Positions 30,155 to 43,095 of a stretch of DNA of 64,000 nucleotides are shown one piece after another (position 1 is the stretch's first letter; each line of letters opens with the position of its first letter). Made by a program: the position numbers and the translations under genes. The notes below the pieces were generated by a model. It was not told the origin of the DNA and ran no database searches. It saw only the letters and a list, made by a program, of their open reading frames with translations. Source of the DNA: a virus; the IMG/VR virus record IMGVR_UViG_3300035145_002886, one strand, 5' to 3'.

Positions 30155-30573
30155 TTCTTATCTTTTTCAGCAGCTGCTGTTCTTTTTCTTAAACCACTAG
30201 AAGAAAACCTGTGATCTCTCTTGTTATAAAAGATTTCAATTTCTCTATCAGCGCATATATTCTTTGCTGTAAAGTTTTTACCTCTATATTCATCTCCAAT
30301 AATTCTAACATCTAAATCGAAAGATTGGAAAATATCTTCCAAGTCGCTTTCAGTAACATACGGTACGATTTGGTCTACATAAACACATGCTTCTAATTGA
30401 ATATATCTTTCAACTACGGTCTGTACCGGTTTATTTTTTTCAGGGCGATCTAACGTTGGATCTACTTGAAGCGCAACAATTAGCCAGTCGCATTGTTTTT
30501 TTGCCTCTTCTAACATTTTAATATGACCTGCATGTAATAAATCAAATGATGATGCTGTAATTCCTATTTTCAT
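30151..30573 (-). CDS. cytidylyltransferase (TagD-like)
   Basis: FDLLHAGH, ER..QL, RDHRFSSS. Confidence 0.85.
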   Translation of the reverse strand: MKIGITASSFDLLHAGHIKMLEEAKKQCDWLIVALQVDPTLDRPEKNKPVQTVVERYIQLEACVYVDQIVPYVTESDLEDIFQSFDLDVRIIGDEYRGKNFTAKNICADREIEIFYNKRDHRFSSSGLRKRTAAAEKDKK

Positions 30574-30589
30574 AATATGTGTATAATTT

Positions 30590-31363
30590 TTATTGGTCAT
30601 ACCCTAAAGCGTTTCTAGCATTTATTACTTCGGCCTTGCTTAGATGTATCTTCCATTCTTCGGGCAAATCTACTTCTTTTGATCTATTTAAAAGTCTATC
30701 TTTATTAACTTTCTCGGTTCCTGAAAAAGAAGATCCTCCTCCTGCTGAAGAAACATGATCTGTTAGGTCGCGATTGGTAATATTTAAACATTCACATATA
30801 AAATCGCGATATTCTTTAGAAACCAACCAATCTTCGTATTTAATTTTTAATTCAGTAGTAGTAGCACACTCGACCCATGACCCAATCTTAGAATCATTAA
30901 TTGTAAAAGTTACTTTTTTACCTATTTGCGAGGTGCTTGCTTTATATCTACTTGCAAGCACATTTACAATGTCTCTTATTAATGTTATTTTTTTAGATCT
31001 TTTTAAAAAATAGAATTCATCAGGATATTTATTAAAAAGACTAGCGCTTGGACCATAGTCTTCATATGAAAGAATTATTGTTTTAGCTCCAACTGATACA
31101 TAGCCGTCTATAAGACCTGCCAAATACTTAGGATTTCTAACTGACCATCCAGCGCCTACATCGTTTAAATGGTATGCGTCTCCACATCTTTTTGAGATAA
31201 AACCAATTTCGGGCGAAGGTGCAATTAAGTTTTCAAGTTCTGATTCAATTGAGCTTAAATTTTTTAGTAGCCATGCTAAGATAGCGTGGTTACCACTTCT
31301 TCTTAAACCATAAAATTCTATAAATTTAATATCGTCATAGTTCCAATGTTTAGTATTATGCAT
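30590..31363 (-). CDS. sulfotransferase-like protein
   Basis: GLRRSGNHAI (PAPS-binding loop), IRD..N.LASR, KYEDW. Confidence 0.6.
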   Translation of the reverse strand: MHNTKHWNYDDIKFIEFYGLRRSGNHAILAWLLKNLSSIESELENLIAPSPEIGFISKRCGDAYHLNDVGAGWSVRNPKYLAGLIDGYVSVGAKTIILSYEDYGPSASLFNKYPDEFYFLKRSKKITLIRDIVNVLASRYKASTSQIGKKVTFTINDSKIGSWVECATTTELKIKYEDWLVSKEYRDFICECLNITNRDLTDHVSSAGGGSSFSGTEKVNKDRLLNRSKEVDLPEEWKIHLSKAEVINARNALGYDQ

Positions 31364-31365
31364 AA

Positions 31366-31432
31366 TTATTCAATAAAATTTGTTTTTCCAATCATGAGTA
31401 TACCTTTCAATTATTTTTCTATTTCTATCCAT
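31366..31432 (-). pseudogene. relic 3' end of a DUF2827-like gene
   Basis: Translates [14 protein letters not shown], as at the end of 32024..33145, with a deletion and frameshift. Confidence 0.55.
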
Positions 31433-31460
31433 GCATTTGACTGTATTATATAGCTTATTT

Positions 31461-32048
31461 TCATAATTCTAAAATCTTATTTATGTTATTAGAACATAGA
31501 ATATCTATATTATCATTGATTTTATTAATTGGCCATTTCCACCATTTTAATTCCAATAATTTATCTATTACGTCTTGCTCAAACCTTTTACCTATTTCTT
31601 TTGCTGGATTTCCACCAACTATAGTATATGGATCAACATCTTTAGTAACTACAGAACCTCCTGCGATTACTGCACCGTGCCCTATTTTTACTCCAGAAAA
31701 GATAGTACTTCCAAATCCAATCCAAACGTCGTGTCCAATTTCTATATTTCCTTTAGTTGTTAATGTATTTGAATCTCCAAACATATATGTAGTAACGTTA
31801 TTTATATTGTGGTTTGATCCTAGAAAAAAATTACAACCATTTGCAATTGAAGTATAGCTCTTTATGATTAATTTTGAATTATGGTGTTTTTCTGTCCAAA
31901 CTTTAGATTTTAGAGATTTATTATCTGAATCTGTTATTTGTACATTATCTTCGATATTAATCCACTCTATTTTGTTTTTGCTACTTAGATTAAAATCTCT
32001 TAAATCTCTTAAAGAATCATAAATCATAATATTGAATTTGTTTTCCAA
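31461..32048 (-). CDS. hexapeptide-repeat O-acetyltransferase (CatB/Vat-like)
   Basis: [33 protein letters not shown]. Confidence 0.85.
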   Translation of the reverse strand: MENKFNIMIYDSLRDLRDFNLSSKNKIEWINIEDNVQITDSDNKSLKSKVWTEKHHNSKLIIKSYTSIANGCNFFLGSNHNINNVTTYMFGDSNTLTTKGNIEIGHDVWIGFGSTIFSGVKIGHGAVIAGGSVVTKDVDPYTIVGGNPAKEIGKRFEQDVIDKLLELKWWKWPINKINDNIDILCSNNINKILEL

Positions 32049-33145
32049 TCGTATGTATACTCTTGAAACTTATTATTCAGAACATTTTCAACTAACATTT
32101 TATATTGTTCTTTAAGCTTTTCGTTTTTATGAGTATATCTTTCGATTATTTTTCTATTTCTATTTATGTACTCGGCATCGCTGTTATGGAATTCTATTGC
32201 GGTTCGTAATTGATTAATTGCATCCTTAACTTTAAATTCTCCATAATAATATCCAATATCTTGGCATAGGCTACCGTTGTGTATTACTGGCCAACCCATC
32301 CAAGCAACGTCAAGCCATAAATAGTTTAAGTTATTTTCCCATTGCCAGCTTAAAACAAAATCAAGGTCATTATTTAAAGCATTAAGAACTGGAAATCTTG
32401 GATTCGAAAATATTATTCCTTTTTTAAACATTTGAGTCCTTGTTACTAAGCTCTTAAATGTTTCTCCATTTTTTAAATGTTCAGTAGTGTATAAGATAAC
32501 TTTTTCTAAATCTTTGTATTCTTTTTCATATTCTTCTAAAATTACTGTTGGTAAGAGCATGTTTTTCATTACTGAAGAATTTGCCTCTAAGACGCCAACT
32601 CTTTTTGTTTCTCGAGGAGTATATGTTTGGATGTTATTGTCTTTGCAATAATCTTCAATTGTCATTGAGTCCCAAATAAATGGTACTACTGTCGCTTTCT
32701 CTTGATTACTTAAAAATTTATAGTATTCTAAATTTGACTTTTCCATTTGAGGTATCGACCAAATTTGATTTGGCTTAACCTTATCTTTTATAACAGTATC
32801 TTCTTCTTGTTTAAATAGAATAGCCTCCATATCCATGATAAATTTATTGCCACATTCATAGAATACTAGCTTCATATTTTTGCTCTTTGATTTCCACTTA
32901 TCATAGAATGGTTTATGGACTGCAAATCCAAATTGTACCATTAAATCAAATGGAATAATATATGATTTATTAATTGTTAGAGTTCGGATTCCTTTAATAT
33001 CTTCAATTTCATCCGGTAAATCATGAATAAGATATACCTTATATCCTATTTCTTTTAAAAGATTTGCGAGATATATTGCATTTTGATTAATGCCATTTGT
33101 CCATAAGCCTTTACTTAACCTAACTGTTATTCCTATTCTTTTCAT
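32024..33145 (-). CDS. DUF2827-like putative glycosyltransferase
   Basis: [32 protein letters not shown]. Confidence 0.72.
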   Translation of the reverse strand: MKRIGITVRLSKGLWTNGINQNAIYLANLLKEIGYKVYLIHDLPDEIEDIKGIRTLTINKSYIIPFDLMVQFGFAVHKPFYDKWKSKSKNMKLVFYECGNKFIMDMEAILFKQEEDTVIKDKVKPNQIWSIPQMEKSNLEYYKFLSNQEKATVVPFIWDSMTIEDYCKDNNIQTYTPRETKRVGVLEANSSVMKNMLLPTVILEEYEKEYKDLEKVILYTTEHLKNGETFKSLVTRTQMFKKGIIFSNPRFPVLNALNNDLDFVLSWQWENNLNYLWLDVAWMGWPVIHNGSLCQDIGYYYGEFKVKDAINQLRTAIEFHNSDAEYINRNRKIIERYTHKNEKLKEQYKMLVENVLNNKFQEYTYDWKTNSIL

Positions 33146-34341
33146 TACTCTATTAAATTTGTTTCCCAATTATAGTTTCCAGTTGGTTTTTTAGAAGGGT
33201 CAAAAAGACCTTCTATTAGATTTCTGTACTGTTCGACCATTGCCCTATTTTCAGCAGTATATCTTGAGATAATCTTCCTGTTATCTGACATGTAGTCTTT
33301 ATTTTCTTTATGTGTTCTTGCAACATGAACTATCAAATCACCTGCCTCTTTTAGATTAAAGTCTGAGTAATAATATCCTATATCTTGGCAAAGATGTGCA
33401 TTATGAATTAATGGGTAGCCAAAATAGACTACATCTAAATATGCATAATTTAGTGGGTTACCCCATTGATGTGAAACTATCATATCAGAAAATAATCCTA
33501 AAAGACTAGGCGTTCTCCACCTCTTATCAAATGTCAACTTTTTGTCCTTATTCATTTGAAGAGCCTTTCCAATTGTAATCATTATCGGGCTATCTAAAAA
33601 TTCAATTGCATTTGTAATGTTGAATTTTTTAAATAATTCTTTATCTTGTCGATATGCCCATTCCATTGCATGAATAATTGGCATCATATTTTTTAATATG
33701 CTTGTGTTTGGTTCCATACAAGCAACTCTCCATTGATCTACCTCTTTTTCATCAAACAAAATCTTAAAATCAGGACTTGTCTCTTTAATCTTTTCTACGT
33801 CTTTTTCAATAAATTTAGGAGACCATATAAAAGGAGTTGCTATTGCCGGGCATCCATATGTAATTTCAAAATAGTCTTTATTATGGTATTCCTGTTGTGG
33901 AACCATCCAAATTTCATCATATAGACCTAACCTGTCAGGATATGCTATTCCTTTAGTTACGTCCATGTTTCTTAAGCCCCATCGTTTTTCAAATAATAAG
34001 TCTTCAGTAGATAGAATTAAGTTATTACCTCCCTTAAACCCAACGACTCTTGTATTTCCTCTATCCTTAAAATATTTTAGATCTGGATCGCTTGGCATCA
34101 CACCCATCGTAATTAAAACATCAATATTGTCTATATTCTCATGCCAATGTACGACGTCATATTCTTTAAGATGCTCTGCCTTGCTCAGCTTTTCAGAATC
34201 AAAAGAAGGGTCAAAAACAACTAGACAAACTTCATCAACACTGTCAATATTTTTCAGTACATCATATAAAAAGTATGCATTTTGCCCAAGGCCGTTTGCA
34301 AATAATCCAGTTTCGGTCTTTATAGTTATTCCAACTGTCAT
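33145..34341 (-). CDS. DUF2827-like putative glycosyltransferase (paralog)
   Basis: ANGLGQNA, PFIWSP, EPN, SHQWGNPLNYAYLD, PLIHN. Confidence 0.72.
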   Translation of the reverse strand: MTVGITIKTETGLFANGLGQNAYFLYDVLKNIDSVDEVCLVVFDPSFDSEKLSKAEHLKEYDVVHWHENIDNIDVLITMGVMPSDPDLKYFKDRGNTRVVGFKGGNNLILSTEDLLFEKRWGLRNMDVTKGIAYPDRLGLYDEIWMVPQQEYHNKDYFEITYGCPAIATPFIWSPKFIEKDVEKIKETSPDFKILFDEKEVDQWRVACMEPNTSILKNMMPIIHAMEWAYRQDKELFKKFNITNAIEFLDSPIMITIGKALQMNKDKKLTFDKRWRTPSLLGLFSDMIVSHQWGNPLNYAYLDVVYFGYPLIHNAHLCQDIGYYYSDFNLKEAGDLIVHVARTHKENKDYMSDNRKIISRYTAENRAMVEQYRNLIEGLFDPSKKPTGNYNWETNLIE

Positions 34342-34372
34342 ATTAAAGTCGTTATTTATTTTATATATCAAT

Positions 34373-34398
34373 AAAAAAGGGCCCCAATAGGGGCCCTT
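34373..34398 (-). terminator. intrinsic terminator
   Basis: AAGGGCCCC-TATT-GGGGCCCTT plus T tract on the minus strand. Confidence 0.75.
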
Positions 34399-34441
34399 AG
34401 AAGTTTAATAATCAATTAAACTGTTTTAATAAAACTCTAGA

Positions 34442-35578
34442 TTACGCAAGTTCCCAGTTGTACTTAACCTCGATGATGTCGTCATCGTCCCAGTTAAATG
34501 GAACGGTAAGGACAAAATTACTAGCGGACTGTACTACAATTTGCGTTGAGTCTTGGATAACTCCGTTAACCATAACATACATGATGTTTTCTTCGAGCTC
34601 ATTTGCAGATGTACCTGAAAGAACTCTCGAACCACCTATAGTGTAATCCATTTGTTGTCCGGCAAAGGTTACAGTATCAGCAGATGGAGTACCGTCAACT
34701 TCATTAACAGTACCTAGCGAGAACAGAATTGTACCTGTTCCAAAGTCATCATTTGCTTTTTCATCAGAGTATGTCTTAGCAGCAGCTAGAACACTTGCAT
34801 CCTTAGAGTCAACTGAAAGAGCAGTATCAGCAGCATCAGCATATGATTCTGCAGCAGCTAGAACACTTGCATCTTTTGAATCGATAGAAGCAGAAGTTAA
34901 TGCTCCGTTAGCAGCAGCTAGAACACTTGCATCCTTAGAATCAACTGAAAGAGCAGTATCAGCGTTTGTTGCAGCTGTGTTAGCAGCAGCTAGAACACTT
35001 GCATCTTTTGAATCGATAGAAGCAGAAGTTAATGCTCCGTTAGCAGCAGCTAGAACACTTGCATCCTTAGAATCAACTGAAAGAGCAGTGTCAGCGTTTC
35101 CTGCAGCAGTAGCAGCAGCAGCTAAAACTGAAGCATCTTTCGAATCGATAGAAGCAGAAGTTAATGCTCCGTTAGCAGCAGCTAGAACACTTGCATCCTT
35201 AGAATCAACTGAAAGAGCAGTATCAGCGTTTGTTGCAGCTGTGTTAGCAGCAGCTAGAACACTTGCATCCTTAGAATCAACTGAAAGAGCAGTATCAGCG
35301 TTTCCTGCAGCAGTAGCAGCAGCAGCTAGAACTGAAGCATCTTTAGAATCAACTGAAAGAGCAGTGTCGGCGTTTCCTGCAGCAGTAGCAGCAGCAGCTA
35401 AAACTGAAGCATCTTTCGAATCAACTGAAAGAGCAGTGTCAGCGTTTGTTGCAGCTGTGTTAGCAGCAGCTAGAACTGAAGCATCTTTAGAGTCAACTGA
35501 AAGATCAGTGATCGAATTTCCTAGATTGTCTAAGTTTGACTGTAAATCTTGGATTTGTTTAATTTTAATTAATGCCAT
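34442..35578 (-). CDS. repeat-rich fibrous virion protein
   Basis: 11 copies of S(V/I)DSKDASVLAAA; MALIKIKQI N-terminus; VNG...DDIIEVKY C-terminal domain. Confidence 0.75.
   Translation of the reverse strand: MALIKIKQIQDLQSNLDNLGNSITDLSVDSKDASVLAAANTAATNADTALSVDSKDASVLAAAATAAGNADTALSVDSKDASVLAAAATAAGNADTALSVDSKDASVLAAANTAATNADTALSVDSKDASVLAAANGALTSASIDSKDASVLAAAATAAGNADTALSVDSKDASVLAAANGALTSASIDSKDASVLAAANTAATNADTALSVDSKDASVLAAANGALTSASIDSKDASVLAAAESYADAADTALSVDSKDASVLAAAKTYSDEKANDDFGTGTILFSLGTVNEVDGTPSADTVTFAGQQMDYTIGGSRVLSGTSANELEENIMYVMVNGVIQDSTQIVVQSASNFVLTVPFNWDDDDIIEVKYNWELA
34780..35500 (-). repeat. intragenic 60/72-bp tandem repeats
   Basis: Plus strand GCAGCAGCTAGAACACTTGCATC repeated; units of 20 or 24 aa. 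Confidence 0.85.
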
Positions 35579-35635
35579 GTTTATACTTTTATTTTTAGGC
35601 CTAAAGACACGTTATGCGCCTTCTAATTATATATC

Positions 35636-35667
35636 AAAAAGGTCCTGAGATTTTATTCCCAGGACCT
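35636..35667 (-). terminator. intrinsic terminator
   Basis: AGGTCCTG...CAGGACCT hairpin with T tract on the minus strand. Confidence 0.65.
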
Positions 35668-35703
35668 ATATAATATAATGTTATTTTAGAATCAAATAAT
35701 AAC

Positions 35704-37644
35704 TTAAACCTCTTTATCGTAGATTACGTCAATTTCGTCACTTCCGTCTAGTTCATATCCTACTATCGAACCGTTCCAGTAGAGTGAATCTCCACCTTCA
35801 ATATCTGCTATTGCTCTAGCAGTTGTTCCTCCATCAACTGAGAAATAACAGGCTTCATTCTTAGCACCGTCTCCTAAGTTTACATTAATACCATTAACCA
35901 GGATTTGAACATTACTGTCACTAAACGGGGTATGTGTAATAACAATTCCACTGTCATCTCCATCAGCAGTTGTAACGTTAGGAGTTTGATTAAGATCGTC
36001 AGCCGTCTCAGCTCCTACTGCTGTAGAACCAGAGCCTTCTTCATCTTCAATCATTAAAAGAAGTGCAGGAGAACCAGAAGAAGAACTTACAATACCATTT
36101 CTATTTACGAATGATCCCTCTCCTTGAACCATGATGTCTCCACCGTCTGCTCTCGTTAATTTTAAGAACTCGTCAGTAGAAGGGTCAACTGTCACAGTAC
36201 CATCGCTACCTCCGTCTGAATCCGCGATACCCATTGCACTTGTTGGTTCGATAAAGCTTTGTCCAAATACATCTGCACTACCGTTAGTAATAACTATTGA
36301 TTTACCAACTCCTGCCGTAAGTCTTAGACCTGGGAAAATAGATGGGTTATTTGTGTTTGTAATGTCGCTAAATGTGCTTGCAACTATATCTACGCTATTT
36401 GCCGTAAATGCGGTATTTAAGTCATCTGCGATTTGAAATGCAGAAATAGTGTCCCATGATGGCTGACCAAACACTGCACCATCCTCATCCGCCGTGCTAA
36501 ATGTAACACTAGCTGAATTTGTACCATCTCCAATAGTAACTGAAGGGGCAGATGGTCCTCCACCCGAATCTAATACAAATACTACATCACCGTTTGCCGT
36601 TGTATTACCATCAGATTCAACAACAGTACTTGGTACAGTTACCGATGCTACAACATGGTGAACGTTTGTAGATAGGTTAATCTCGTCCTTAATTTCTTCA
36701 GGCGTCTTTGATACACCAACACCTAACGCTGCAAATATTTCATCATTGTTAAGTATTAATGAATCGCCTTCAACCATTTCATTACCTGCAAGTGTAGATT
36801 CAACTACAGTAGGAATAGCATCTTTAATTTGAAAGAATACTCTATCATTTCCCTGTGCCGGATCGGTAACTATCTCTCCCGGATTTGCAGTTGAATTATA
36901 GTATATGTCACCCGCACTTCCTGTAAGTCTCTCAGGTGCCTTATAATTATCAATAATAGTATTAAATGGTTTAATATATGCTATCCTTCCGCCATATGAT
37001 TTATCACTCAAGATACCAATCTTATATGACTGTGATCCAACCGCTCCAAATGGAATTAAGTTTCCACTACCATCGATTGTTACAACGTCTCCTTTAGAAA
37101 CGGCAGTCTGATCAGAACTAAATTCCATTCTGTATCTTTCCGTCTCCATTGCAACTGCAAATCTTGTCTGGATTTTATCGATTGCCTTATTATCAGTAAA
37201 GAATAACGTGTCTCCTGTAATTAGGGCTGTTCCATTATCAGATATTTCAAAGAAACATATTGTATCTCCACCTGAAAACGTGTTAGATGTGAAGTTTTTA
37301 TATGAATAAGCATCTATGTCTTTTGCTCTAAATGTAATTGTTCCAGCATCACCGTTAACATCGCTAATAGAAATAATCTCTAAACATTTTTTACCATCAG
37401 CGTCAGATACCCAATCTCCGGTTTTAATATCAAATGCGTCATATTGTCCACTTGCCCTTCCTGCATTACTACCAATGCTTTGAGCTAATATTCCACTCAC
37501 CGTAATCTCAGTTACCATTGGTATGTTTGTTCCTGATGGGCCTAATCCAGTTTCGTCGTCATGTTCATATCTAGAAATGATAGCCGTAGAATCTACCTCT
37601 CCAGTGAGAAATAATATTGGATTATCTGGGTTATAATTTGACAT
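35704..37644 (-). CDS. putative virion structural protein
   Basis: 646 aa, acidic G/S/T/D-rich; C-terminal ILVNG...DEIDVIY resembles that of 34442..35578. Confidence 0.65.
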   Translation of the reverse strand: MSNYNPDNPILFLTGEVDSTAIISRYEHDDETGLGPSGTNIPMVTEITVSGILAQSIGSNAGRASGQYDAFDIKTGDWVSDADGKKCLEIISISDVNGDAGTITFRAKDIDAYSYKNFTSNTFSGGDTICFFEISDNGTALITGDTLFFTDNKAIDKIQTRFAVAMETERYRMEFSSDQTAVSKGDVVTIDGSGNLIPFGAVGSQSYKIGILSDKSYGGRIAYIKPFNTIIDNYKAPERLTGSAGDIYYNSTANPGEIVTDPAQGNDRVFFQIKDAIPTVVESTLAGNEMVEGDSLILNNDEIFAALGVGVSKTPEEIKDEINLSTNVHHVVASVTVPSTVVESDGNTTANGDVVFVLDSGGGPSAPSVTIGDGTNSASVTFSTADEDGAVFGQPSWDTISAFQIADDLNTAFTANSVDIVASTFSDITNTNNPSIFPGLRLTAGVGKSIVITNGSADVFGQSFIEPTSAMGIADSDGGSDGTVTVDPSTDEFLKLTRADGGDIMVQGEGSFVNRNGIVSSSSGSPALLLMIEDEEGSGSTAVGAETADDLNQTPNVTTADGDDSGIVITHTPFSDSNVQILVNGINVNLGDGAKNEACYFSVDGGTTARAIADIEGGDSLYWNGSIVGYELDGSDEIDVIYDKEV

Positions 37645-37663
37645 CTTATTTAATTTTGTTATT

Positions 37664-40684
<3,021 letters not shown>

Positions 40685-40729
40685 TTTCTAATTGTATTTT
40701 TATTTGACCTTGTCTAAGTATATATCGAA

Positions 40730-41437
40730 TTAAAAAGAATAATCTTTTCTCAGCTGCATGAAAATTAGTGAAGAAATGACGTTTATCAAACCATCATCTA
40801 ACTTTACAGTATTTTGAACGTGAGCCCTATATATAATTTTGTCTTTTTCTTGGTCTTTTATTTCAGTTATAAATTTAAGTATTTTTTCTTGTTCATACTC
40901 ATATGTATCGACATATTCTAAATTAAAGTTCTTCCATGTAATATTGTAATCTTTTCCTGGGTTATTAAATGAATACACATGAACCTTATTGTTTGGTGTG
41001 TTTACCAATACAAATCCGTCACAAATAAAATAGGGTCTATTACCCGACTGGGATATTGTTATCTCCTTCTCTAGTACCCTCCAGTATTCTCTAATCTCAG
41101 AGTGTAAGTCTTCAAATAAACGAATTCCCTGTTCTATAAGCTCATCGAGAATATTCTGGTTAACCATCTCTTCTCCTGTAGAATAGACAAGCTCTATGTT
41201 TTCCCAGCTGACATGTGTTAACTTTGCCGACAGCTGATCAGTTTCAAGAAGTCTTTCAGCGTCATAGTGATACATGAAGTCAAGTACTGAATCACATTCT
41301 TTAAGTGCATCCCACAGCCTCCCTTCTTTAAGAGATTTTCTTACTTTCGAACAGTGCGATAGCATTTTATATGTTCTGTATTCCAAGTCTTCTGGGCCGC
41401 TATGTGCCCATTCTGGAACATGAATCTGATTGTACAT
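40730..41437 (-). CDS. hypothetical protein
   Basis: 235-aa ORF. Confidence 0.7.
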   Translation of the reverse strand: MYNQIHVPEWAHSGPEDLEYRTYKMLSHCSKVRKSLKEGRLWDALKECDSVLDFMYHYDAERLLETDQLSAKLTHVSWENIELVYSTGEEMVNQNILDELIEQGIRLFEDLHSEIREYWRVLEKEITISQSGNRPYFICDGFVLVNTPNNKVHVYSFNNPGKDYNITWKNFNLEYVDTYEYEQEKILKFITEIKDQEKDKIIYRAHVQNTVKLDDGLINVISSLIFMQLRKDYSF

Positions 41438-41440
41438 GAA

Positions 41441-41800
41441 TTATTTATTTAGAATAATCCCTGTAACTGTCTTTATGAATATAATAATCTTTTTGAAAAA
41501 TGTCTTTTCCTCGATAAACGAAAGGTCGAATTCTTTATCAGAGTCAAGATATAACTGTACCATCTCGAAGATTGCAAGTTCGGCTTCTATAAGAGAATAG
41601 AATGTTCGGTACTTTTTTGGTATTGGAGACCTATTTGGTCTAGAATTCTTTGATTTTTTAAATGCAATGTGAAACGCGACTCTTCCTCTAGAGTCGCGAT
41701 TTTCAACGATAATAAACTTCCTAATTAATTTAGACGGAAGACCATTTACCGTTTGAAGTCTTTTTTGACTGTCAAATCGTAAAGGTTCTTCAGAAGACAT
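41441..41800 (-). CDS. hypothetical protein
   Basis: 119-aa ORF in operon. Confidence 0.6.
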   Translation of the reverse strand: MSSEEPLRFDSQKRLQTVNGLPSKLIRKFIIVENRDSRGRVAFHIAFKKSKNSRPNRSPIPKKYRTFYSLIEAELAIFEMVQLYLDSDKEFDLSFIEEKTFFKKIIIFIKTVTGIILNK

Positions 41801-42105
41801 TATGCTTTCTTTTTCTGTGTCTGCGCCGTCTTTTGTTTAATTTTGTCAGAGACTGATGTTGTCAGTCCCCATTGTAGGATAAACCAGCTCATTTCCATTC
41901 TGGCCATCTTTTTATTTAACCTTAATTTTTTGCTGATTAAGTTTGTTCCCCATTCGATAAACTCTTGCTCATCTTTTTCAGTTGTTAGATATTCCATGTA
42001 CCAGTCTGGATTATTCTTTACGTCTTCATAGGTAACGCCAAACGGTTCAAGCTGTTTATTTACTAGAGATACAAATACTTCGCGTTCTTTTTCTCTTCTT
42101 TCCAT
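41800..42105 (-). CDS. hypothetical protein
   Basis: 101-aa ORF in operon. Confidence 0.65.
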   Translation of the reverse strand: MERREKEREVFVSLVNKQLEPFGVTYEDVKNNPDWYMEYLTTEKDEQEFIEWGTNLISKKLRLNKKMARMEMSWFILQWGLTTSVSDKIKQKTAQTQKKKA

Positions 42106-42106
42106 C

Positions 42107-42787
42107 TTACTTATTATTTTTTACAATTTCATCGATGATACCATATTTTAGAGCCTCTTCAGCATTTAGCCAAAAATCTCGAGTAGCATCCGACTTAACC
42201 TGTTCAGGATCCTTATCGCAATAAGAACCTAACAATACAAAAAGTTCGTGATTGACTTTTTGCCATTCTTGCCAATCAATTTCAGCATCTTGAATATTTC
42301 CACTGAACCCGCCTGATGATTGGTGTAACATTGTTGTTGAGTGGCGAAGACTCATTCTTTTTCCTTTTGTTCCAGCTCCAAGTAGTACTGAGCCCATCGA
42401 AGCTGCCATTCCTGTGTTAATTGTGCGGATATCTGCGTTAATGTATTCCATTACATCAACCATTGATAGTCCTGATTTCACTGAACCACCTGGACTGTCG
42501 ATATGCATAGTAATATCTTCGGTAGAAGTTGTGTCCAGAAACATTAACTGTGCCTGTACGACTGTACTCATTTGGTCATTTACAGGTCCCGCTACCCAAA
42601 GCAAACGATCCATCATCAATCTTGAGAAAATATCCATTTGAGTTGCTCTCAATTCACGCTCTTCTAAAATATAGGGAGTCATTGAACCCTGAATATGTTT
42701 GCTATATGCATCTACTGTAGATGAACCCATTCCAAATTCTGACTGGGCGTATCTTTCAAATTCTTTATCTTTTGGAAAGTAATTCAT
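42107..42787 (-). CDS. clpP: ClpP protease subunit
   Basis: MDIFSRLMMDR, IDSPGGSV, GMAASMG, MLHQ, RDFWL. Confidence 0.95.
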   Translation of the reverse strand: MNYFPKDKEFERYAQSEFGMGSSTVDAYSKHIQGSMTPYILEERELRATQMDIFSRLMMDRLLWVAGPVNDQMSTVVQAQLMFLDTTSTEDITMHIDSPGGSVKSGLSMVDVMEYINADIRTINTGMAASMGSVLLGAGTKGKRMSLRHSTTMLHQSSGGFSGNIQDAEIDWQEWQKVNHELFVLLGSYCDKDPEQVKSDATRDFWLNAEEALKYGIIDEIVKNNK

Positions 42788-43095
42788 AAACTTTTTATAA
42801 TCTGTTTTATTAGGTCACAAGTCTCGTATTCTTCGATCAATTCAAAATACTCGATTGTTTTATTAAGTGATTTTTCAAAACCATTATATGGCAATACCAT
42901 TTCATATTCTACTCCTTCACGATCGACAATAATTGCAAGAGTTTGTTCTTCTCCACCTTCAATAACGGATAATGTATATTCTACTATCCTTCTATAGAAT
43001 ACATCGTACTTTGCTTTTAACATAAGATCGATGTCCGGTTTCGTTAAAACATCTGGATCAATATGAATTCTTGGTATGTTTTCTTCGTTAATCAT
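42784..43095 (-). CDS. UVR-like 'EEYETC' family protein
   Basis: YFELIEEYETCDLI; overlaps the clpP start. Confidence 0.6.
   Translation of the reverse strand: MINEENIPRIHIDPDVLTKPDIDLMLKAKYDVFYRRIVEYTLSVIEGGEEQTLAIIVDREGVEYEMVLPYNGFEKSLNKTIEYFELIEEYETCDLIKQIIKSL

Noticed and set aside
31461-32048. Antibiotic-resistance gene (cat/vat)
   Set aside because: The fold is shared with sugar O-acetyltransferases, and the context is a glycan locus
34780-35500. Possible CRISPR array
   Set aside because: The 'spacers' are themselves repeated and in frame within a CDS; no cas genes
34977-35648. Plus-strand 223-aa Ala-rich ORF
   Set aside because: Antisense shadow of the tandem-repeat gene
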